A DNA stretch of 64,000 bases from Eledone cirrhosa (lineage: Eukaryota): positions 8,618,001-8,682,000 of the forward strand of contig OZ024744.1 of assembly GCA_964016885.1 (NCBI GenBank), in the 5' to 3' direction. Made by a program: the position numbers and the translations under genes. Shown piece by piece: positions 12,638 to 25,620 of this stretch; the first letter of the stretch is position 1, and the number at the start of each line of letters is the position of its first letter. Under the pieces are notes generated by a model. That model saw nothing but the letters and a program-made list of their open reading frames with translations. It was not told the DNA's origin and made no database searches.

Positions 12638-12676
12638 AGTCTTAACGTTTCAGACGCTAGTCCTTCATCCGAAGAA
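12638..12676 (-). ncRNA. Degenerate minimal hammerhead motif (Penelope-like relic)
   Basis: Minus strand UCUU-CGGAUGA-A-GGAC-UAGC-GUCU-GAAA-CGUU-AAGA; core U4 is replaced by G. Confidence 0.5.
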
Positions 12677-13472
12677 AGAATGAGAAATAAGATAGATTGA
12701 GGGGATGGGCGGGTTGGAATTGGAAAAAATGTCTTTAGATAAAAATAGCAGGTTCATTCATGTTGACATCTCTAATGAAATATATCCATACACACATAAA
12801 ATATCCATACACGCAATAAAATACATCAAAACTTAAAACTAGAGACGATCTGTACCGAATGTAAGATTACATAATTCGTTGAGTATCCTATTAAATTTAA
12901 TTAAAAAATACTTGATAACGATCAATGTTTCCCTTATATGTGACGAATGGCTGGTGCGTGTTTGTACAATCAGCTCCAAGAAAAGTGCGTGTTGTCGCTC
13001 TGTATTTTTTTTGCCGGAGGGTCTGTGTTATTTTTATGACGTCCGTTTGTGACATCAGAGCTATCTCACCACAGGTGTCGCTTCGCTACATATGTATTCT
13101 CCACAAAATCAGAATATATTTCACAAAATAACGGTGAAATTAGATATTTTGAAACGTATCATCAGTGATGGAATTCCAAAATCACTGAATCTCTCCAATA
13201 CAGGGTTGAATGTGGCTAAACGTACATGGTATATTTAGCGTGGGCTAAATTCATATATTGAAACCATTATTCAACTACTATGACCTCATCAGACAGCTAG
13301 AATTTGAACAGAAAAAAACAGAACAACATATTGACTCCGGAGTAAACAGACCCACCTGCACACTTCGTGGCGTTGAGTGTTCTACCCTGCATAGTGAACA
13401 CATACTTGAATTTATATATAATAATAGTAATAATAAAAAAATAATAATAATAGTAATAATAATAATAATAAT

Positions 13473-14205
13473 AAGGAATGTTAATGGCTGCGCAAGAGCA
13501 GGCCCACAAAACGAAGTGGTTGAAACACCATATTTACAAGGAGGAGGCTAGCCCACTGTGCAGGATCTGTGGAGAGAGAAAGGAGACTGTGGCTCACATT
13601 GTATCCGAGTGTAAACACCTAGCCCAGACTCACTATAAAGGCTGGAAACATGATGTGATGGGCAGAGTGATCCACTGGCATCTATGCAATGTAAACAATT
13701 TACCACATTCTGAGAAGTGGTATGAGCATAAGCCAGAGGCGGTGATAGAAAACGATCAGGTGAAGGTGCTGTGGGATTTTAGGAGACAGACGGACAAGAA
13801 ACTGGAACACTCTAGACCTGACCTGGTGGTTTTGGACAAGGAAAAAAGATCGTGTCTGATTGTGAATGTGGCCTGCCCATTCGACACGAGAGTGCAAGAG
13901 AAGGAGAGGGAGAAAATTAACCGATACAAGGACTTAAAGTGGGAGGTAAAAAGGATTTGGAACTGCCATGAAGTCAAAGTGGTCCCGATTGTCATAGGCG
14001 CACTAGGTACTGTCTCAAAAAGTTTCCAGGGATGGTTAAAGAAAATTGGCCCCTTCACGCTTTTTAGAACGCTTCAAAAGGCATGCTTGCTAGGAACAGC
14101 AAGAACCCTCCGATACGTCCTGAATATCTGAGGCTGCAGGTAGTGGTTTGATATTCATTTCAACAAACTTTCCAGTTAACTAACATCAATGACTGAGACT
14201 CAAAG
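13473..14205 (+). mobile_element. R4/Dong-clade family A, 5'-truncated (CCHC + RLE endonuclease + 3' UTR)
   Basis: ORF 13478-14131: CRICG..ETVAHIVSEC, RPDLVV, KINRYKDL, PIVIGALG. (AAT)n on both sides. Confidence 0.93.
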
Positions 14206-14223
14206 AACAACAACAATAATAAC

Positions 14224-14267
<44 letters not shown>

Positions 14268-15250
14268 GGGAAGAAGACGCACGAGGTGGCGGAGGTCATG
14301 AAATCGCTCCCGTAAGTTTTGAATTTTTAACATATTTAAATCATTTGTGAAATAACAACTCTTAGTACAAATGCTACGTAAAGCACCCGGCTTGAGCCCC
14401 CAAAAATTCGGACCCAAAATATATTGTTATAAGGCTCAAATATTCAAATATTCAACTTTGTATTGTACACTGTATATCCAAAAAAGAAAATGGCTATAAA
14501 TGGAAGAAGAACCCCCCGCCCCCTCCTCTCCTCTGTCTACACTATATAGAACAGCCAAACTCACCAACACCAGAAACTAGATACACCACCCACCTCATCA
14601 CCTGTGTACACTAAACACAACAGCCAGATAACGGCAATTTCGCCACCACCGCTCACTACTGCCATCATTACCACCACTATCCTATCACCGCCGCCACCAC
14701 TCCTTCACTCCTTCACTGCTACCACCGCTACAACACCATCACTACGGTAATACGACCACATCACCACCACCACTGCCTCGGTATCGACATCACCACCACC
14801 ACCACTGTCTCAGTATCGCTACCGCCGCCAGTCTCCACTTCTCCCAGCTGGCTGCTGCCACCACATTATAGAATTCCTACTACTAAAAAAGAGGAAGGCA
14901 TCAAAATATATAGATAGACTCAAAAGAAAAAAGAAAAAAGAAACAACAAAACCAAAGCAGCACAGCAACAACAGCAAAAAACGAGAAAAACAAACAGAGA
15001 AAAACAAAAACAAAAAAAAACAAAAAACGTAAAGAAAATAAGAATGAAGAGAGAAGCAGGCGGACGGACAGAGAAGAGGGAGGAAAAACTAAAACTAAAA
15101 AAACAAAAACTAAGTCAGACATTCGAACACTACATTACAATGAAACTTATTCATTTTTGGGGCCCTTTCTGCCTGTGTGTTTGTTTGTTTATGTGTGTTC
15201 GTATACAGCGTGGTGATAATGCCACACAAGGGCCAAGTGGAACGGCGAAT
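14268..15250 (+). promoter_or_regulatory. 5' module 'M' / long 5' UTR preceding R4 family A ORF
   Basis: Starts gggaagaagacgcacg immediately after (AAT)n. Close copy at 49148-49900 and diverged copy at 22060-22830, each upstream of an R4 ORF. Confidence 0.55.
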
Positions 15251-15336
15251 CCACAGATGGCTATGTAACCATACATTCGCCAATCCTCGATAAGAATGTT
15301 TAAATATCGAACATAAACAGTTCGAATAACGGTGAA

Positions 15337-18300
15337 ATGGAGACTAGAACGTCATGTGACAGACTCTCACCCAACAGGTGCCCCCTGGCTCAGCAGCAGG
15401 AACCTGACTGTCAACCAAATACTGCTGATGTTGGAGGAAGAAAAAGAAGGAAAGGGGGCAGAACCAACTGGACGAAAGAATTGAATAGAACTGTTATGCA
15501 ATGTTACCTGAAAAGTAACCCCAAGGAGAGGGGCTACAGGAGACGGATGCATAATATCTGGAACGAGATTGGTCTATTTAAATTAGATGAACAAAAATTG
15601 GCCGAGCAGGCTCGGGTAATAAGAACTAATGGGTGGATAAGCGAGCTGGAACTGGAGGAACTGAGCAGAGAGAATGGCTTGGAGATGGCGGGTGTAGTAT
15701 GCCAGACAAGCGAGCCAGTGGGAAATGAAGGTGAAGAGGTCCTGAGAACGGAGGAACCACCCGAAGCAGACAATGATCTGAATACTGAGATAAATAATAC
15801 CTGGAACAGAGATACGGCCACTGAGGAGATGAATGCTGACGGGCTAGGACAAGATTCGGTTGACATCCTAAATTTAGTGGTAGATGAATTGAACAATGAT
15901 AGTGGGAGACCTATGAACCTAAGATTTGTAGACAGGAAAAAGTTAAAAGAAACAACAGCTAAGGTAAACAAAGTCATCCCATACCTTGAGGCGAGGAGCC
16001 TTCACCAGTGCAACAATATCCTCAAAGCAACAGCAAATACGGTGAGGAAACTACTTGGTATAAAAGCGAGAGGGAACAACAGACAACAAAGAGCAGAGCC
16101 GTGGTGGAAGAAACCACTGAGTGGTCAAATCGGGGAAATGAGAAATGACATAGGAAAGCTTGAGTCACTACTGAATGGGACACTAAAAAACATAGGCACT
16201 AAAAATAGACTGGAAATAAAGTACAAAACTAGGGGGGAAAAGCTAAATATTATCATAGAGGAACTGAAGCAACGCATTGTAGCAAAGAGTGCAAAAATCA
16301 GGCGATACGAGAACAGAGTCAGTCAGTATAAACAGAACCGCATGTTCGACAACAACCAGAAGATGTTGTTTGGACAGCTTGAGGGGAAAGAAAGAGGCAA
16401 CGACTTGATCCCTGGGGCGGAGCAAACTAAAACATTCTGGAGAGGAATATGGGAGCAGGATGTTAGACATAATGTCCAGGCAGGGTGGATTGAGACAGTA
16501 CAGAGGGAGATCGGTGAGCAGGCACACCAACAAACTGATTTGAGTATCACAGTTGAAACTCTTAAGGGGCAGGCCAAAAAACTAACCAACTGGAAATCAC
16601 CAGGCCCAGATGGTGTGCAGGGGTATTGGATTAAACATTTAACATCCCTCCACCCGAAGCTGACGGCCATGTTCAATGACTGCTTGGTGTCGGGTGAGGT
16701 GCCAGAGTGGTTGACAAAAGGTACCACAGTTCTGATAATGAAAGACCGAATCAAGGGTAATGATGTTACCAACTATAGACCTATCACATGTCTGTCCGTA
16801 ATGTGGAAACTGTTGACGAGCATTGTGTCTGAGGAAATCTACCATCACCTCCACACAAACAACTTGTTACCGGACGAACAGAAAGGATGCCGAAAGAAGT
16901 CACGTGGTACAAAGGACCAGTTACTTATTGATAAGATGGTAATGGGGAATTGCAGGAGGAGACACACTGATCTTGCCATGGGATGGATAGACTACAGAAA
17001 GGCATTTGACATGGTGCCTCATTCTTGGATCACCAAAAGCCTAGAGATCTTCAGGGTGGCAGATAACATCAGACAGTTGCTGGGCAGGAGTATGGGGTCC
17101 TGGGAGACAGAGTTGACATCAACTGGAGTATCCTTGGGAAGCGTGAAGATCAAGAGAGGTATCTTCCAGGGAGATAGCCTGTCCCCTCTGTTGTTTGTCC
17201 TTGGCCTGATGCCCTTGACCATTATGCTGCGAAAAGTGAGAGCAGGATACAAGTTGGGGAAGGGAGAGCTTACCATCAATCACCTCCTCTTCATGGACGA
17301 TCTTAAGCTCTTCGGGAAAAGTGAGAAGGAGTTGGATGTGCTTGTTGACACTGTCCGTATTTTCAGCAGTGATATATGTATGCAGTTTGGTATTAATAAA
17401 TGTGGAGTCATTGTGATGAGGAGGGGTAGGTTGAGCAGAAGTAACGGGATCCAGATACCAACAGGTGAGATGATAAAGGAAATTGACTCTGAGGAAGGAT
17501 ACAAGTATTTGGGCGTTCTGGAGGCTGATGGCATAAAGAACAAAAAAATGAACGAATTGTTAAGAACTGAATACATTCGGAGAGTAAGGAGCGTATTAAA
17601 GTCACATCTGAACATCAGAAATGCCATAAGCGCAGTAAATTCCCGAGCTGTGTCTATTATTAGGTACAGTGCGAGAATTCTGAGATGGAATGTTGCTGAA
17701 CAAAAAGAAATGGATAGGAAGACTAGAAAGCTATTGACTATCTACAACATGTTCCACAAGAGGAGTGATATCGATAGACTCTACCTAAGGAGATCTGAGG
17801 GTGGAAGAGGTCTTATCAGCATAGAGGACTGTGTTCAGATGGAGAAAAACAACCTATACAAATACGTGCCCTATAGTAAGGAGCCAATGCTCAGAACTGT
17901 ACTGAAGGAGGGGACAGTAGGCCAGGGGATGTCCAAGGAGGAAATAACATCAAGGAGGAAGAGCAGCCTTACGGGAAAATCCCTTCATAGTAACTTCTTT
18001 GAGAAAACTGAATTTAGAGATCCACAGACATGGAACTGGTTGAGAAGAGGAGACCTCAAAAAGGCTACAGAAGGAATGCTAATGGCTGCGCAGGAGCAGG
18101 CCCTCAAAACGAAGTGGTTGAAGCACCATATTTACTAGGAGGAGGCTAGCCCACTGTGCAGGATCTGTGGAGAGAGAGAGGAGACTGTGGCTCACATTGT
18201 GTCCGAGTGTAAACACCTAGCCCAGACCCACTATAAGGGCTGGAGACACGATGTGATGGGCAGGGTGATCCACTGGCACCTGTGCAAAATAAACAATTTA

Positions 18301-18728
18301 CCACATTCTGAGAAATGGTATGAGCATAGGCCAGAGGCGGTGATGGAGAACAATCAGGTGAAGGTGCTGTGGGATTTTAGGATACAGACGGACAAAAAAC
18401 TGGAACACAATAGACCTGACCTGGTGGTTGTGGACAAAGAAAAAAATCGTGTCTGATTGTGGATGTGGCCTGCCCTTTCGACACGAGAGTGCAAGAGAAG
18501 GAGAGGGTAAAAATTAACCGATACCAGGACCTAAAGTGGGAGGTGAAAAGGATTTGGAACTACCATGAAGTCAAAGTGATCCCGATTGTCATAGGCGCAC
18601 TGGGGACTATCTCCAAAAGTTTCCAGGGATGGTTAAAGAATATTGGCCCCTTCACGCTTTTTGGAACGCTTCAAAAGGCATGCTTGCTTGGAACAGCAAG
18701 AACCCTCCGATACGTCCTGAATATCTGA
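15337..18728 (+). pseudogene. R4 family A ORF: 933-aa open RT portion (15337-18138), endonuclease cut off by a stop and a frameshift
   Basis: WKSPGPDG, NYRPITCL, WIDYRKAFD, GIFQGDSLSP, LFMDDLKL, YKYLG, GGRGL. TAG at 18136-18138 and a 1-nt loss near 18445. Confidence 0.92.
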
Positions 18729-18832
18729 GGCTGCAGGTAGTGGCTTGATATTCATTCCAACGGACTTTCCAGTTAACCAACATCAATGACTGAGATTCAA
18801 GGAATAACAATAATAATAATAATAATAATAAT

Positions 18833-19187
18833 ATGTTTTCTTTATTAACCACAAGGGTTTACATAAAGTAGACATTAAGGACAGTACAGGACAATACAGG
18901 ACGGTACAAATGGGCATTTCTGCGTGTAAAAAAAACAGAGGATGAAATAAAATAACAAAGAAAAATTCCCCAATAGGGGGGAGACTTCGGGCGCGTCCCT
19001 TCCACAAGAAGCGAAAGAGCAAACGCTCCAGCGCAGTCAGGCGGGGCTTAGGACAAGGTACGACGGTCAGGCGGTAGTAGATGACGGACGCGATGTACGC
19101 GTTAGCCACCTCCGCTCGACCTTTCAGGGATAGCTTCCTCTCGGCCCATTTCTGGGTGAGAGAAGCCACCCTGCTCGTCACCTCGTC
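18833..19187 (-). mobile_element. Tx1-clade fragment: 3' UTR fused to an internal ORF2 piece
   Basis: Matches the intact copy's 3' UTR (54939-55110) joined near 18988 to the ORF2 segment at 56125-56320 (TQKWAERKLSLKGRAEV). Confidence 0.88.
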
Positions 19188-19195
19188 CTAATAAT

Positions 19196-21848
19196 AGAGT
19201 CTCATGAGCTGTTAGCCCAACTTTACAATGAAATAGTTAAGGAGCCAGAAAAGATATCATCATGGCTAGTTAACGGCATTACATTCCTGCTTCCGAAGAA
19301 TGATGTGACAAACAATCCCAAAAATTACAGACCGATAACTTGCTTGACCACAATGTATAAAATTTTAACATCAGTCCTAACTGAATACACATATGACCAC
19401 CTGATAACAAATGACCTATTTCCCATTGAGCAGAAAGGGTGTAAACGAGGCTCATATAGCTGTAAGGATCAGCTTCTGGTTAACAAAATGATACTGGAAG
19501 ATTGTCATAATAGACACAAAAATCTATCGATTGCTTGGATAGATTATAAAAAAGCATTCGATAGTTTGCCACACAGTTGGATTGAAAAATGTTTAGAGAT
19601 TTTCAAAATATCTCCCGTGGTTTTTGTCATTCAGTATGAAGACATGGAAAACGACACTCCTTTTGAATAGTGAAACAAAATCACTGGAAGCTGGAGAAGT
19701 TAATATTAATTGTGGAATTTTTCAGGGTGAATCTTTATCACCGCTTTTATTCTGCATCGCACTTATACCATTAAGTAAAATGCTCAATGAAACAAAACAT
19801 GAATATAAAGTCTATGACAAAACCATTAATCACCTGTTCTACATGGATGACCTGAAACTATTTGCAAAAAATGATGAACAATTGCAAGGGCTATTATCCA
19901 CTGTGGAGCAGTTCAGTGATGACATTAAAATGGAGTTTGGACTAGATAAATGCGCCAAAGCAACGTTCACCAGAGGAAAGCTGCTGAAGAGTTCAGACAT
20001 TAATCTTGATCGGGGGAACGTGATAAGAGAACTTGATCAAGAAAAAACTTACAAATATCTAGGTGTTTGTGAAGGAGACGGAATCAAGCACTCGACAATG
20101 AGGGAAAGGATAAGGAAGGAATGTTACCGCAGAGTAAGAGCAATCTTAAGAACGGAATTGAATGCAAGGAATAGGATCGATGCCATAAACACGCTTGCCA
20201 TACCAGTAGTAACCTACAGTTACAATGTCATCAACTGGTCAAGCACAGAGATCCGTAGGCTCGATACAAAAATTCGAAAATTCTTAACCATGCACAGAAT
20301 GCATCACCCTAAGGCAGATATAGATAGAATATATCTCCCTAAGAAGGAAGGAGGACGTGGGTTAATCCAGTTAGACATTGCGTTGAAAACTGCAACAATT
20401 GGATTATCTACATATCTAAGGGAATCACATGATTGGATGATCAAACTCGTTTTGAAACACGAAAGCATCAAAAGATCATATTCCATTACAAAAGATGCAC
20501 AAAGATACAGTAATGGACTACAAATTTCAGAAGTCCCATTTACTGCTGAAATGGAAAACACAGAAAAAGCAAAGCAGGTAAAAGTAACTGCAAAGAAAGA
20601 ACTGCTACAGAAACTGGCTAAGAAATTATTATTATTATTATTACAGTTGCATTTATCTTACTTTATGTTCATACGAGTTATCACCAAGTTACAACCAGTG
20701 ACCTCAAGAGACAACAAGGTCCGCCATGTTCAAGGAAGAACATACATATTCACACATGCATCTTTTGCTCAATTTTTCAAATGTTTTATAGATACATTCT
20801 TGTCTATTGGAACAGACATATCAATTAGCAGGCATACCCTCTTTTTAAAGTCCTTCAATATTATATCAGGTCTATTTGCATCTATTTTTCGGTCTGCTTG
20901 GATGCTACAGTTCCACAAGATTGAGATGTGATCTTTTTCAAGTATGGGAGGTGGTTGATGCTCACACCAATTTTTTTGATGGGGCAGGTCAAAATGCTTA
21001 CACATTATCCAATGTATGTATTGTGCAGCTCTGTCATGAAATCGGAGACTGAAGGACTGATTATATCAGCTCAGGATCAGTGTCTGCCAACAAAAAATTA
21101 CCAAGCCAACATAATAAAAAATCAATGCAACCCATTATGCCGTGTATGTGAAAAACAACCAGAGACCATTGATCATATAATTTCAATGTGCAGTCCTATA
21201 GTTCCAACCGAATACCTAAACAGGCACGACAGAGCTGCACAATACACATTGGATAATGTGTAAGCATTTTGACCTGCCCCATCAAAAGAATTGGTGGGAG
21301 CATCAATCACCTCCCATACTTGAAAAAGTTCACATCTCAAACTTGTGGAACTGTAGCATCCAAACAGACCGAACAATAGATGCAAATAGACCTGATATAA
21401 TACTGAAGGACTTTAAAAAGAGGGTATACCTGCTAATTGATATGTCTGTTCCAATAGACAAGAATGTATCTATAAAAACATTTGAAAAATTGAGCAAGTA
21501 TAAGGACCTGGAGATAGAAATTGGAAAAATGTGGAAATTGAGAACTAAAACAATACCAGTGGTTGTAGGCGCTCTGGGAATGATACCTAAGGGGTCTAAT
21601 GATTACTTTTCGCAAATCCCAGGGAACCCGCGTATAGGAGAAATACAAAATATAGTACTAATGGGAACTGCCCATATACTAAGGAAGATTCTGTCAATAT
21701 AAGTACATCACAAGTCTAAACACTAAAGATGTATGTGTGAATATGTATGTTCTTTCTTGAACATGGCGGACCTTGTTGTCTCTGGAGGTCACTGGTTGTG
21801 ACTTGGTGATAACTCGTATGAACATAAAGCAAGATAAATGCAACTGAA
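19196..21848 (+). mobile_element. R4/Dong-clade family B, 5'-truncated, with internal inverted 3'-end copy
   Basis: NYRPITCL, WIDYKKAFD, LFYMDDLKL, CRVC..ETIDHIISMC, RPDII. Near-identical to 51756-54099. Confidence 0.92.
20626..21039 (-). mobile_element. Inverted family B 3' end (with internal deletion) embedded in family B copy
   Basis: Reverse complement of 21226-21497 and 21726-21860, including the tail, which reads (ATT)n on +. Confidence 0.9.
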
Positions 21849-21890
21849 ATAATAATAATAATAATAATAAAAATAATAATAATAATAATA

Positions 21891-22040
21891 CTTTCTTTAT
21901 TAACCACAATAGTTTACATAAAGTAGACGTTAAGGAAAGTACAGGACAATACAGGATGGTACAAATGGGCATTTCTGCGTGTAAAAAAACAAAAACAGAG
22001 GATGTAATAAAATAATAATGAAAAATTCCCCAATAGGGGA
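21891..22040 (-). mobile_element. Tx1-clade ~150-bp 3' UTR stub
   Basis: Matches the Tx1 3' UTR including AATAAA on -; (AAT)n on both sides. Confidence 0.88.
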
Positions 22041-22059
22041 ATAATAATAATAATAATGA

Positions 22060-25000
22060 TATTAATAATAATTTATAATAAACAACTGTGATAGAATAAT
22101 TCTTATTACAAATGAAATATAAGATATAAGATTACAGGTTTCACTTTCAGCAAGCGGCAACGCATCACATTACGACATAGGACCCCAATATTTAATATTT
22201 AATTTTGGATCAGAGATGTTATAGTCGAAAAAGAGAAATACAGGCAAATAATTTCACCACCAACACCACCACCGCCACCATCACCACTACCACGCGAAAA
22301 AACTCTAGTCAAGTTACCTCAACTTCTATTTCTACTTCAACTTCAACACCATCACTACAGTACTACGATCACATCACCACCACTTCCTCATTATCGCTAT
22401 CGCCGCTAGTCTCTCCCACTACCTCCTACTAAGTACTACTAGCACATCACCACCACCACCACTGCCTTATTATCGCTACCGCCGCTATTCTCTCCCACTA
22501 CCTCCTGCTAAGACATGCATCGTAGTATTCCCACTAAATGAGGAAGGCATCAAAAGATATAAATAGACTGATTTGATGACCCGGTCAAAAAATCAAAAAG
22601 TCAAAAATCAAAATCAAAACAGCACAGCAGCAACGAAAAACGTAAAGAAAAGAAAAAAGAAAAGAAAAACAAACAGACAGACAGACAAGCAAAAAAACTA
22701 AGTCAGACATTCAAACATTACATTACAATGAAACTTATGCTTATTTTTTGGGGTTTATACCTATTTGTTTGTTTGTTTATTTATGTTCGTCTACAGCGTG
22801 ATAGTGCCACACTAAAATCACTGGGGGTGATCAAATCACCGGAGGTGATGAAATCACCGGTGGTTATGTAACCATACATTCACCAATCCTCGATAAGAGT
22901 GTTTAAATGTCGAACCTAAACAGTTCGAATAACGGTGAAGTGGAGACTGGAATGTCATGTGACAGACTCTCGCCCAGCAGGTGCTCCCTGGCTTAGCAGC
23001 AGGGACCTGGCTGTCAACCAAATACTGCTGGTGTCGGAGGAAGAAGAAGAAGGAAAGGGACCAGAACCAACTGGACGAAAGAATTGAATAGAACTGTTAT
23101 GCAATGTTACCTGAAGAGTAACCCCAAGGAGAAAGGCTGTAGGAAACAGATGCATACCATCTGGAACGAGATTGGTCTATTTAAATTAGATGAACAAAAA
23201 TTGGCCGGGCAGGCTCGGGTAATAAGAACTAATGGGTGGATAAGCGAGCTGGAACTGGGGGAACTGAGCAGAGAGATTAGGTTGGAAATGGAGAGTGGAG
23301 TATGCCAGGCAAACGAGCCAGTGGGAAATGAAGGTGAAGAGGTTGAGAGAACGGAGGAACCACCCGAAGCAGACAATGATCTGAATGCTGAAATATATAA
23401 TACCTGGAACAAAGATACGGCCATTGAGGAAATGAATGCTGACGGGCTAGGACAAGCTTTGGTTGATATCCTAAACTTAGTGGTAGATGAAATGAACAAT
23501 GATAGTGGGAAACCTATGAACCTAAGATTTGTAGACAGGAAAAAGTTAAAAGAAACAACAGGGTAATGATGTTACCAACTATAGACCTATCACATGTCTG
23601 TCCGTAATGTGGAACTGTTAACAAGCATTGTGTCTGAGGAAATCTACCATCACCTCCACATAAACAACTTGTTACCGGACGAACAGAAAGGATGCCGAAA
23701 GAAGTCCCGTGGTACAAAGGACCAGTTATTTATTGATGAGATGGTAATGAGGAATTGCAAGAGGAGACACACTGGTTTTGCCATGGGATGGATAGACTAC
23801 AGAAAGGCATTTGACATGGTGCCTCATTCTTGGATCACCAAAAGCCTAGAGATCTTCAGGGTGGCAGATAACATCAGACAGTTGTTGGGCAAAAGTATGA
23901 AGTCCTGGAAAACAGAGTTAACATCGGGTGGAGAATCCTTGAGAAGCGTGAAGATCATGAGAGGTATCTTCCAGGGAGATAGTATTTCCCCTCTGTTGTT
24001 TCTCCTTGCCCTGATGCCCCTGACAATTATACTCCGAAAAGTGAGAGCAGGATACAAGTTGGGAAAGGGAGAGCTTACCATCAACCATCTCCTCTTCATG
24101 GACGATCTTAAGCTCTTCGGGAAGAGTGAGAAGGAGTGGGATGTGCTTGTTGACACTGCCTGTATTTTCAGCAATGATATATGTATGCAATTTGGTATTA
24201 GTAACTGTGGAGTCCTTGTGAGGAAGAGGGGTAAAATGAGCAGAAGCAACGGAATCCAGGTACCAACGGTTGAGATGATAAAGGAAATTGACACTGAAGA
24301 AGGATACAAGTATTTGGGCGTTCTGGAGGCTGATGACATCAAGAACAAAAAAATGAAGGAATTGTTAAGAACTGAATACATTCGGAGAGTAAGGAGCGTA
24401 TTAAAGTCACATCTGAACAGTAAGAATGCCATAAGTGCAGTGAATTCCCGAGCTGTGTCTATTATTAGGTACAGTACGGGAATTCTGAGATGGAATGTTG
24501 CTGAACAAAAAGAATGGATAGGAAGACTAGGAAGCTATTGACTATCTACAACATGTTCCACAAGAGGAGTGATGTCGATAGACTCTACTTAAGGAGATCT
24601 GAAGGTCGAAGAGGTCTTATCAGCATAGAGGACTGTGTTCAGATCGAGAAAAACAACCTACACAAATACGTGACTGACAGTAGGGAGCCAATGCTCAGAA
24701 TAGTACTGAAGGAGAGGACAATAGACCAGGGGATGTCCAGGGAGGAAATAACAAGAAGGAGGAAGAGCAACCTTCATGAAAAATCCCTTCATAGTACCTT
24801 CTTTGAGAAAACTGAATTCAGAGATCCACAGACATGGAACTGGTTGAAAAGAGGAGACCTTAAAAAGGCTACAGATGGAATGCTAATCCCTGCGCAAGAG
24901 CAGGTCCTCAAAACGAAGTGGTTGAAACACCACATTTAGAAGGAGGAGGCTAGCCCACTGTGCAGGATCTGTGGAGAGAGAGAGGAGACTGTGGCTCACG

Positions 25001-25605
25001 TTGTATCCGAGTGTAAACACCTATCCCAGACTCACTATAAGGGCTGGAGACATGATGTGATAGGCAGGGTGATCCACTGGCACCTATGCAAAGTAAACAA
25101 TTTACCACATTCTGAGAAGTGGTATGAGCATAAGCCAGAGTCGGTGATAGAAAACGATCAGGTGAAGGTGCTGTGGGATTTTAGGATACAGACGGACAAG
25201 AAACTGGAACACAATAGATCTGACCTGGTGGTGTTGGACAAGAAGAAAAATCGTGCCTGATTGTGGCCTGCCCATTGGACACGCGAGTGCAAGAGAAGGA
25301 GAGGGAGAAAATTAACCGATTCCAGGACTTAAAGTTGGTGGTAAAAAGGATTTGGAACTGTCATGAGGTCAAAGTGGTCCCGATTGTCATAGGCGCACTA
25401 GGTACTATCTCAAAGAGTTTCCAAGGATGGTTAAAGAAAATTGGTCCTGCCCCGCTTTTTGGAACACTTGAAAAGGCATGCGTACTGGGAACAGCAAGAA
25501 CCCTCCGATACGTGCTGAATATCTGAGGCTGCAGGTAGTGGCTTGATATTCATTTCAACAAACTTTCCAATTAATTAAATAACATCAGTGACTGAGACTC
25601 AAAGA
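22060..25605 (+). mobile_element. R4/Dong-clade family A, decayed, ~0.8-kb internal deletion
   Basis: Homologous to 14340-18802. The junction at ~23560 joins KKLKETT directly to GNDVTNYRP. Ends at (AAT)n. Confidence 0.92.
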
Positions 25606-25620
25606 ACAATAATAATAATA

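Larger units (their letters stand above)
14268..18802 (+). mobile_element. R4/Dong-clade family A, near full length
   Basis: Single long ORF with N-terminal W...N..VMQCY..SNP..RGY..RM..IW motif, RT and RLE. Flanked by (AAT)n at 14206-14267 and 18803-18832. Confidence 0.93.

Noticed and set aside
13258-13420. Short ORF KPLFNYYDLIRQLEFEQKK, vaguely like a DNA-transposase C-terminus
   Set aside because: Too short, with no catalytic motif or terminal repeats recognised.
15158-15256. HDV-like ribozyme in family A 5' UTR (GGCCCUU/AAGGGCC, GGCGAAU)
   Set aside because: Lacks the L3 UCC.CG loop and P1.1 GG; the pairing is not kept in the second copy (22745-22830).
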